The translations under genes and the position numbers were made by a program. 64,000 nucleotides of DNA from Clostridia bacterium. GTDB taxonomy: Bacteria; Bacillota; Clostridia; Christensenellales; Borkfalkiaceae. This document shows, piece by piece, positions 36,122-44,100 of the stretch; the stretch's first letter is position 1; each line of letters starts with the position of its first letter. Where the stretch lies: contig JAQYLE010000065.1 of assembly GCA_028720205.1 (NCBI GenBank), forward strand, positions 127 through 64,126, in the 5' to 3' direction. A model generated the notes under the pieces. That model had not been told where the DNA came from and did no database searches. It worked only from the letters and a program-made list of their open reading frames with translations.

Positions 36122-37843
36122 ATGCCTTTGTTTTTGCCCGAAAGCATACTTTTTTGTTTTTTTCCGCATACTCACGACGTGAATACCTTTGAAGATTTCA
36201 AAAACGAGCGCTTCACGGGCGGCGTGCAAAAAAACGCGGAGAGTATAAAACGCATTCTCCCTTCCGAAGACGTACTCGTATACGCGTTTACCACAAACGG
36301 AGGCGTAGCGTGCGCTTTGATTTATGCGGACGGCATGGTGAACAAGCAACTCTTAGGCGACCTTGCCGCGCGCCCGCTTTCCGCGTTGAACGACTCGGCG
36401 CTGACGGCGGAAACGGTGAAAAAAACGGTGCTGTTTCCCGAAATAAAAATTGCGCTTACGCCTGCGGACGCCGCGCGCGAAATTCTGGACGGCAACGCGC
36501 TTTTGCTTTGCGACGGGATTGATAAAGGCGTTATCGTCGGCGCGAAACTCGTGCCCGCGCGCGCCGTTACCGAACCGCAGACTTCCATTGCGATCAAAGG
36601 TCCGCGCGAAGGGTTTATCGAGGACGTTAAATCGAATATGGCGCTGGTAAGAAAGCGCCTGAAAACGGGAAATCTGCGCTTCGAGGCGTTGCGCGTAGGA
36701 AAGCAATCGGATACTTCCGTGGCGCTTTGCTATTTAAGCGGCATAGCCGACGAAAACGTTTTAAACGCCTTGAAAAAGAGGCTGGGCGAAATCAATACCG
36801 ACGTGATTATAGATTCTTCGTATATCGCCGCGTTTATCGCGCCGCGGCGGTATTCCCTGTTTAAGGAGACGGGCACTACCGAAAAACCGGATATTTTCTG
36901 CGCGAAAATCGCCGAGGGGCGCATAGGAATTTTAGTGGACGGATCGCCTATCGCCCTCACCGTGCCCTATCTTCTTGCGGAAGACTTTCAAAGCGCCGAC
37001 GACTATTTTATCTCTCCGTTCGCCGCTACGATCTTTCGTTTCATCAGGTTTTTCGCCGCGGCGATCGCGTTGCTTCTGCCCGCGTTTTACGTGGCTTCGC
37101 AACTTTTTAAAATTCAACTGATTCCGCTGAACCTCACTTTAACCATCGCGGGAAGTATACGCGATCTGCCCCTTTCGCCCTCGCTGGAAATGTTTCTGAT
37201 TCTGCTGGTTCTGGAAATATTGAAAGAGGCGAGCATACGAATGCCCAAATACGTGGGACTCGCCCTTTCCGTGGTGGGCGCGCTTGTTCTGGGCGACACC
37301 GCCGTTTCCGCAGGTTTCGTCTCTTCCCCCGCGATTATCATCGTCGCCTTTTCGGGCATCTGCCTGTACACCGTGCCCGATTTTGTGGAAACGGGCAGCG
37401 TTCTGCGTTGGCTGTTTTTAATCGCCGCAGGCAGCATGGGTCCGTTCGGCGTTGTGCTTTTAATCGCTTTTTTGCTGTATTACCTCATTACCGCCGACGC
37501 GTTCGGCGCGCCGCCTCTCGCGCCGTTCGCTCCGCTGATTAAGCGGGATATGAAAGATTCGCTTTTAAAAGCCGATCCTTATTCTCTTGCCCTTCGCCCC
37601 GCTACGTTTAAACCGAAAAACCGCCGCAGACTTTCCGCTTTACCCTTATCCCGCCCGACGGGCGGCGAAAACGGCGAAGAAAACGGCGGCGGAAACGAGA
37701 AAAGCGACAAACCTACGGGCACGGTGAACGACGCGCAGAAGATTACGGAAAAAATTCAATCGCAAAGTACCGCCCGGAACGATGAAACGGCTCGGAATCA
37801 AACGGGAAAAGGCGACGCGGAACAAGGAGAGAAAATTCGATGA
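36122..37843 (+). CDS. Spore germination protein, GerA (A-subunit) family
   Basis: GerA-family core (TEKPDIFCAKIAEGRIGILVDGSPIALTVPYLLAEDFQSADDYF) and C-terminal TM bundle. The start codon is uncertain (no SD at 36122). ~90-aa low-complexity C-terminal tail. Confidence 0.85.
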   Translation: MPLFLPESILFCFFPHTHDVNTFEDFKNERFTGGVQKNAESIKRILPSEDVLVYAFTTNGGVACALIYADGMVNKQLLGDLAARPLSALNDSALTAETVKKTVLFPEIKIALTPADAAREILDGNALLLCDGIDKGVIVGAKLVPARAVTEPQTSIAIKGPREGFIEDVKSNMALVRKRLKTGNLRFEALRVGKQSDTSVALCYLSGIADENVLNALKKRLGEINTDVIIDSSYIAAFIAPRRYSLFKETGTTEKPDIFCAKIAEGRIGILVDGSPIALTVPYLLAEDFQSADDYFISPFAATIFRFIRFFAAAIALLLPAFYVASQLFKIQLIPLNLTLTIAGSIRDLPLSPSLEMFLILLVLEILKEASIRMPKYVGLALSVVGALVLGDTAVSAGFVSSPAIIIVAFSGICLYTVPDFVETGSVLRWLFLIAAGSMGPFGVVLLIAFLLYYLITADAFGAPPLAPFAPLIKRDMKDSLLKADPYSLALRPATFKPKNRRRLSALPLSRPTGGENGEENGGGNEKSDKPTGTVNDAQKITEKIQSQSTARNDETARNQTGKGDAEQGEKIR

Positions 37844-39219
37844 AAGAAATTTGCACGACGTTGCCGCCGTACGCAAAAGCGGCGGACGGCAAAGGGACAA
37901 GCGCCGACAAACGAGGCGTGGAAAAAAGCGGCGCGAAAAAAGCGTTTACTCCGCTGATTTTACGCCGCCAATTGTGTTTTTTCGCGGCGTTTATTCTGCC
38001 CGTTTCCAAACTTCTGGAAGCGCCCTCGTTGCTGGCTTATTTTTCCAAGGGCGATTTGCTTATTCCCGCTTTTTTGCATTACGTTTTGCAGACGGGTATG
38101 CTCGCGGTGTTGCTCTACGTCTGTTCTAAAAGCGAACGGCCGCTGTACGCGCGGCTGCGCGACGTTTCCGCGCCGCTTGCCCGAACGGTTTATACGTTGC
38201 TGGCGGCGTACTACGTATTTGCCGATTTGTTTCCGCTTTTAGATCTTGAACGGTTCGTTTACACGGCGTTTTTCGATACTCCGCCCGCCGTTTCGGCGTT
38301 TCTGCCCTTTTTTTTGCTTTCGGCGTTTCTATGCACGAAAAACGAAAAAGCCATAGGCAGAAGCGCGGATTTATGTATGCCCGTTTTTCTCTTCGCCTTT
38401 TCCGGACTGATTTTTATGGCGCTGGGCGAAGCGGATTTTACTCAGTTGCTCCCCTTGTTCGGCACAAGCGCAAAATCGGATTTCAAAGCGTTTTATCAAT
38501 CGCTGGTGCATTTTTCCGACGCGCCGCTGATTTTACCGCTGCTGAGTTCGTACAAGTACCAAAAAGGCGACGGCAAAAAAATTACGGCGGCTTATGCGGG
38601 CGGCGGCGGTTTCGTGCTTTTGTTCCTCGCGGTGTTCTACGGCGTGTTCGGTTCTCTCGCCCCGCGGGAAACGTACGCCTTCGATAAAATCGCGCGTTAT
38701 TTCACCGCGCTTGACGTGGTGGGACGTATAGACCTGCTTCTGGTATATATGATTACCGTCGTTTTGCTGTACGCGTACGCTTTGCCGTTGCAACTTTCCG
38801 TGCAGTGCTTAACGCGGGCGTATAAGAAAGACAACGACGCTTCCGGCGCGGACGCCGAAAAAAAACGGTTGATTTTTTCTCTCTCCATCAACGGCGCCCT
38901 TCTTCTCTTCGTGTTCTTTTGCAGTAAATATTACAATTCGCTTTACCGCTTCATCGCCGCCGGAATGTTCTGGATTTTTCCTCTTTTTTCCGTGGGACTC
39001 CCCCTTGCCCTGCTGTTTTTAAAGGGAGATAACGATAACGGAAAAAATAATTCAAAAAGGCATAAGCCGCCGGATTTATCGCCGGATCCGACGAAAGAAA
39101 ACGCCGCGCAGAACGAAAAGCCCGACGACGTTGCGCCTTCCGGTGAAGAAATCCGGGACGAAAAAAAGCCGGGCGCCGCAACAACCGACGACGCGGCGAA
39201 GGAGGCGGGCGCAAAATGA
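37840..39219 (+). CDS. Spore germination protein, GerAB-type permease (B subunit)
   Basis: ATGA overlap with the upstream gene. About 10 TM helices with spore-permease-like spacing. Charged N- and C-terminal extensions. Confidence 0.8.
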   Translation: MKEICTTLPPYAKAADGKGTSADKRGVEKSGAKKAFTPLILRRQLCFFAAFILPVSKLLEAPSLLAYFSKGDLLIPAFLHYVLQTGMLAVLLYVCSKSERPLYARLRDVSAPLARTVYTLLAAYYVFADLFPLLDLERFVYTAFFDTPPAVSAFLPFFLLSAFLCTKNEKAIGRSADLCMPVFLFAFSGLIFMALGEADFTQLLPLFGTSAKSDFKAFYQSLVHFSDAPLILPLLSSYKYQKGDGKKITAAYAGGGGFVLLFLAVFYGVFGSLAPRETYAFDKIARYFTALDVVGRIDLLLVYMITVVLLYAYALPLQLSVQCLTRAYKKDNDASGADAEKKRLIFSLSINGALLLFVFFCSKYYNSLYRFIAAGMFWIFPLFSVGLPLALLFLKGDNDNGKNNSKRHKPPDLSPDPTKENAAQNEKPDDVAPSGEEIRDEKKPGAATTDDAAKEAGAK

Positions 39220-40481
39220 AACTCAATACGGGAAACCGCTATTCTCATCGTATTACTCCGCTTTTGTACGTTATCGGCGTGCTCTTTCTTGCGATTTTGT
39301 TTTTTTCCAACGACTTCGGACTGGTGGATATACAGAAAACGGCGATTATCCTGGCGGTGGGCGTCGATCGGGAGGAAAATTCTTTTGTGGTAACTTCGCA
39401 GATCGCCGTGCCTTCCGCCTCGCCCGATTCGAAAGCCTCCGCCGAGGCGATTCAGGTGGAAACGCGCGGAGAAACGATTGGCGCGGCGATTCAGAAAATC
39501 AACGAAAAAACCGGCTGGTATCCTAAACTGGTATTTTGCAATCTCATTTTATTGGGAAACGGCGCCCTGGAAAAAAACGTGTTCGAATGTCTGGATTTCT
39601 TTTTGCGGAACGATTATATGTCCGACGATTGTTTAGTGTGTTGCTGCGAGGAAAAAGCGGGAAAACTGCTTTCAACGCAGACTTCTATAGAAAAAGTATC
39701 TTCCCTTGCCGTAGTTAAAATTTTATCCGAGCACCCTGCAAAAGCAGGGCTGGCGGCGCCCGTTACCCTGCGTGAATTCGCCGCGGGATATTTCGGCGGC
39801 GGAAGCGGCGTATTGCCCGTTTTAAAGGCTCAGCCGCTTTCCGAGCCGCCCGAACCGAACGGCTCGGGCGAAACCGGCCGCAACAAGGGCGGAGAGGACG
39901 AAAATAACGCGCAACAACAAACAGGCGGCGAAAGCGGGCAGACTTCCGGCGGGCAGAACGGAAACGATACCGAAGAAACGTTTACCGCCGCGGAAACCGC
40001 ATTGTTCAGCGAAGGAATGTACCGCGGCAAACTGACGGAAGAGGAAACGTTTGCCCTGCAATTCGTACGCGACGGCATGCGCCTTGCCGCGTTGAACGTG
40101 GAATACGCCGGCGTGCAATATACCCTGCTGATTAAAAAAGGCAGCGCAAACGTAAAATTTTACGTGGACGAATATGCCGCGCCGCGACTTTACGTTTCGC
40201 TGGAAATGAAAGCGGGGTTACAGGACGCCTCCTCTTCGCAGACGATCAACGAAATCGCCTCCCCCGAAAAATTGAACGAAGCCGTACTTTCTCAGGCAAA
40301 AGAAAAACTGTCGCGCCTTTTAAAATCGACGTTTGAAAAAAGCCGCGCCCTCGGTTGCGACGTGTTCGACGTGAAAAGCCGTCTGCAAAAATACGAGCCG
40401 GCGTATTATTCTGCCTACCGCGATTCCGTGTTGGAACGACTCCTTTTCTATACGGAGACGAAAATTTCCCCCGCGCGATGA
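39216..40481 (+). CDS. Ger(x)C family germination protein (C subunit), no lipobox cysteine
   Basis: ATGA overlap with the B subunit. DIQKTAIILAVGVDREEN start of the Ger(x)C fold and NLILLG block. The N-terminal TM has no Cys. G/E/N/Q-rich insertion. Confidence 0.8.
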   Translation: MKLNTGNRYSHRITPLLYVIGVLFLAILFFSNDFGLVDIQKTAIILAVGVDREENSFVVTSQIAVPSASPDSKASAEAIQVETRGETIGAAIQKINEKTGWYPKLVFCNLILLGNGALEKNVFECLDFFLRNDYMSDDCLVCCCEEKAGKLLSTQTSIEKVSSLAVVKILSEHPAKAGLAAPVTLREFAAGYFGGGSGVLPVLKAQPLSEPPEPNGSGETGRNKGGEDENNAQQQTGGESGQTSGGQNGNDTEETFTAAETALFSEGMYRGKLTEEETFALQFVRDGMRLAALNVEYAGVQYTLLIKKGSANVKFYVDEYAAPRLYVSLEMKAGLQDASSSQTINEIASPEKLNEAVLSQAKEKLSRLLKSTFEKSRALGCDVFDVKSRLQKYEPAYYSAYRDSVLERLLFYTETKISPAR

Positions 40482-40574
40482 ATCCGCGCGCCCCACGTGT
40501 TCGCCTTCCGTCCAAGCAACGTTGTTCCCGACGTAAACGCAAAAAAAATTTTTTAACTTTTTTTTAAAAAACTA

Positions 40575-40602
40575 TTGACAAATGAGAAATATGTGCTATA
40601 AT
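40575..40602 (+). promoter_or_regulatory. Near-consensus extended -10 promoter with no annotated gene downstream
   Basis: TTGACA (40575-40580), 16-nt spacer, TGcTATAAT (40594-40602). It lies in the gap between two convergent genes. Confidence 0.6.
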
Positions 40603-40827
40603 ATAAGCGAAAAGAGAAAAATAACAACACGAATTGTTAAGTCTTTTCAAATTATAGTTGAGGTGGAGACCGATGCACAAGTAAACTTCGCCGCGGGCAA
40701 AACAAATGAAAAAGTCGGGCGGCTTCGTAAAAAAGAGAAAATATGTTTAAGGAGGACAGGATTTTCACGTAACGTAACAACGCAGGCAAAACGAAGAAGT
40801 TTTGCGGAAGGAAAAGGAGGGTAAACT

Positions 40828-40875
40828 ATGATTTTACAAAGAACCGTTCTGTGCGATTACAAGAAAATCGTATAA
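40828..40875 (+). CDS. Micro-ORF 1, 15 codons (MILQRTVLCDYKKIV)
   Basis: SD AAAGGAGGG with a 7-nt spacer before the ATG. The stop TAA overlaps the next SD (TAAGGAGAG). Confidence 0.22.
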   Translation: MILQRTVLCDYKKIV

Positions 40876-40887
40876 GGAGAGACTCCG

Positions 40888-40917
40888 ATGTACCATTTCG
40901 CGAGGGAACTTGAATAA
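40888..40917 (+). CDS. Micro-ORF 2, 9 codons (MYHFARELE)
   Basis: SD AAGGAGAG with a 6-nt spacer before the ATG. Confidence 0.18.
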   Translation: MYHFARELE

Positions 40918-41039
40918 ATCCGTTCCGTATCAGTGCGGCGGTCGGCAAAATGCGCGTCGCGAAAAATAACGCGCGGATTAACGGATTACCGCTTGTTTTA
41001 TAAGCGTTCCCCGAAAACTGAATAACGAAAATTCGTAAA

Positions 41040-41070
41040 CTGCCGGGGCACGAACATACCCGGCAGTTTT
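41040..41070 (+). terminator. Hairpin terminator 1
   Basis: CTGCCGGG (41040-41047) / CCCGGCAG (41059-41066), 11-nt loop, then TTTT. Confidence 0.55.
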
Positions 41071-41084
41071 CCGAATTAATAGAC

Positions 41085-41123
41085 AAAATTCCCGACGAGC
41101 AATACCCGTCGGGAATTTTTTTT
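41085..41123. terminator. Bidirectional intrinsic terminator
   Basis: 11-bp stem AATTCCCGACG / CGTCGGGAATT with a 9-nt loop, T8 on the plus strand and A4 upstream (T4 on the minus strand). It lies 11 nt from the stop of the 1644-aa minus-strand gene. Confidence 0.8.
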
Positions 41124-41133
41124 CATATCGCCG

Positions 41134-44100
41134 TTATTCCGTTTTTTCGGTAATTCCGGCAACGGATTGTTTATCTTCGGAAAGTCGGATAACAAACGTT
41201 TTCCCGCCCGCCGAAACGGTGTAGGCGTTCGTTTCTTCGTCGTACTCGCTTTCCGCAACGAGATAAACGGCGCCGTCCAGGCAGAACAATACGGGCGTTC
41301 CGGAAGAATCCGCCTCTACGTACGTTTCGCCGTCCGCGGCATACAACACCTTCATCGTTTCCGTTTCCACGGTTACGGCGCGGAACGTTGCCAGAATCTC
41401 TTTGTCCTCGCCGATTTCCACGCCCGAATTTTCGGTAAACGTAAGAGTGTAATACACGGAAGAAGTGATTTTTCCGCTATCGTCCGTCGTACGCGAGATA
41501 TAGCGGACGGAGGTTTTGTCGCCCGATATAATCGCTCCGCTGTACGCGATTTCCACGCCGTCTTTACTCAACGATATGCCGCGGAACGTCCCCTGCGACC
41601 ACGAGGGATTATCGGTGGCGACAATGCGTTCCGTTATCACCTTGTACCCGTCCTCCGTTTGCAGCGTTTCGCTTCTGAGCAGAAAATATACGTAATAACC
41701 GTACGTATTGCGGTACGCGGGGTGTTTTCTCAACGCGAAGAACAAACGGTAGGTATATCCGTCCGCCGCCGTGAATCCGGCGCAGTATACGCCGTTGGTA
41801 TCGTCGTATTCGAAGTCGGCTCCGTCAAACGAGATCACGTTGCCTTCCGCGTCGTACATACGCGATCCTTCGCCGAACGAACCGGAAATATAACTCGACG
41901 TTTCTTCTCCTTCTTCATCGTAAACGTAATTCACGGAAACGTAACCGATGTCGTTTTTGTACGAATTGGCGTACGAAGCGCCCATCGTAACGTAATATTT
42001 ATAATAATTATCCAGATACGCGTAAGCGGGCGCGGAGCCGATGCGGCGCAGCGCCGTTACGGTATACGTGCTTAAACTTTCGCCGTAATCGTTTTCGCCG
42101 TTATACGAAATTTCTATATCGAAGCGGTACCCCGATACCGTTACGTACATATGCGTATTGCCGGATTCGTCTTTTTCCCTGGTTACGTAGGCGTTTACGT
42201 TTTTGCCGTTGACCAGCACTTTTGCCTCAACGGTAAATTCATCTTTTCCCGAAGGCGAAAAACTGAGCGTTTCCAGCGCGTGTTTTGTTGCCGACCCGGT
42301 GATAAGCGCCGCAGGGTATTTATTCTTTCCCTCTTCCTCGCGCTTAAACTGAATGGCGAAGCCGTTGTTGGAATAATAGGTCTGCCCGTTATATTCCTTT
42401 ATGTTGTCGAATGCGCCGAAGTTTTCTTCTACAAACCCGTATTCGCTTGCGTCGGGATCGGACGCGTTCTGCCTGTAAATCAGCACGTCGTTGTTAACCA
42501 CGTTGTAATAACAGCGTTCCGTGCCGTTGAATATCGCAAATCCGTACTGCGAGAACAGCAACGAATCCAGTTCTTTGGTGTAATATCCCCTCGCCGTAAA
42601 TTTCACGGGCGTCGCCGTGCCTTTCGCCGTATCGTATTCGTAAATGCACGCGTCTTTGGCGTCGTCGGTAACGAAGTAAAGCAACTTTTCGGTAATCAGC
42701 GTGTATTTGCCCTCCTGTCTGTTCCCGTCCCCGTCCGCTTTCACCGCATTGCCCGCGTTATCCAAAATCAGCACGGACCAATCTTTTTCGTTTACGTACG
42801 TTTTCACGATTTCTTCGTGCACGATCACGAGTTCTCCGTAAACGCTGCTCTCATAGGCGTATTTTTCCGTACCTATTCTGAATTCGCCGCCGTACGTTTC
42901 GTTCGATTTTACGTAAGAATAGGTCACTTTGTCGCCGTCCGTAACGTACGTTCCCTGCCCCGTATAAGTTCTGTTTCCGCTTCCGTCAAGCACAAACACG
43001 GAAAGTTTACCGTACCCGTCGAGTTCGAAAAATTCGTCGAACGAAACCGATCGGTTGTCCGATGTAACGTAAACGCCGTATTCCGCGCCGCGCATCGTAA
43101 ACGAGTAGCCGTTTAAGGTGAAATAACGGTAAGTATCGCCGATTTCCATGCGCACTTCGTTTTCCGAAACAAGCACGTACGCGCCCGTGGAAGAATTGCC
43201 GTCTTCGTCGGTGAATTGCGCGCGGAAAGCAAAGCCGTCCAGCGAAAGCGCGCCGCCCTGCGACGAAACGTAATTGTTATCGTACGCGCCGTCGTATACC
43301 GCAAACGCCATGCCTTTGGAATAAGTAAGGCGGATAAATTCGAACGTTACCGTTCCCGAAGCGAAGCGTAAAATTTCAGCGCCCGATTTCGAAGTTTTCC
43401 CCGTTTTCGTCACCGTGCCGTTACATGCGCCGAGGCTTTCGGAATAGTAAACCGCGCCGCCGTTGCCGTCGGTGGAAAGATATTCCTTTTCCGTTACGGT
43501 GCCGTCCGCGTTATAGCGGTTCGCGCGGTAAGGCGCTTCCGAAAGAGCGGCAAACGTATGCGCGCCGTCGTCGATTGTAAAGTACAGCGTATCCTTCCCC
43601 GCAGTAAAGGTAATTACGTTATCGCTCTGTTTGTAAGAGCCTACCGACGTCGTTCCGCTTGCGGTATATGCCGCCCTGTCGGAAAAGAGCGCCAGCGTAT
43701 CTTCGCCCGAAACGTACGTCGTGCCCGTATACGTCGTTCCCTCTTCCGTTACGTACGAAAACCAATAGGTTACGTTATAAGAGGCGGTAGAAACGGCGGC
43801 GCTGCCCGTACAGAAACGGACGGAAAGCACGCCCGAAACATCTATCGGGTTGGTAAGCACGTCGGCAAGCGAAGCGGCGTCGCCGAACGTTTCCGCCGTG
43901 TAAGTATACAGTTTCGTCGCTTCGTCAAACAAATAACTTCCCTCGGATACAAGCACGAATTCACGGGAGGAAGTATAACCGTACAACTTTGCCCTGCCTT
44001 GCGCCGGATCGTCCGTAACTAAAAGCGGAGCGTAATATACGTTGTCGCCGCCTTTGTAATAATATTCGCCGTACCCCGCCGCCTTTACTTCCATCGTATA

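Larger units (their letters stand above)
40609..41123 (+). ncRNA. Candidate orphan ~0.5-kb transcript (sRNA and/or micro-peptide mRNA)
   Basis: Bounded by the promoter at 40575-40602 and two hairpin terminators (41040-41070, 41085-41123). Contains four GGAGG-type motifs and internal stems (e.g. AATCCGTT 40917-40924 / AACGGATT 40980-40987). Confidence 0.3.

Noticed and set aside
40655-40675. GAGGTGGAGACCG resembles the T-box core GGGUGGUACCGCG.
   Set aside because: It is only about 55 nt from the predicted transcription start. There is no Stem I or specifier architecture upstream, no downstream aminoacyl-tRNA synthetase or transporter gene, and the match is partial.
40582-40824. 80-aa plus-strand ORF in the orphan unit.
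   Set aside because: Its ATG lies between the -35 and -10 of the promoter, so it would not be on the transcript. The product is K/R-rich with no SD.
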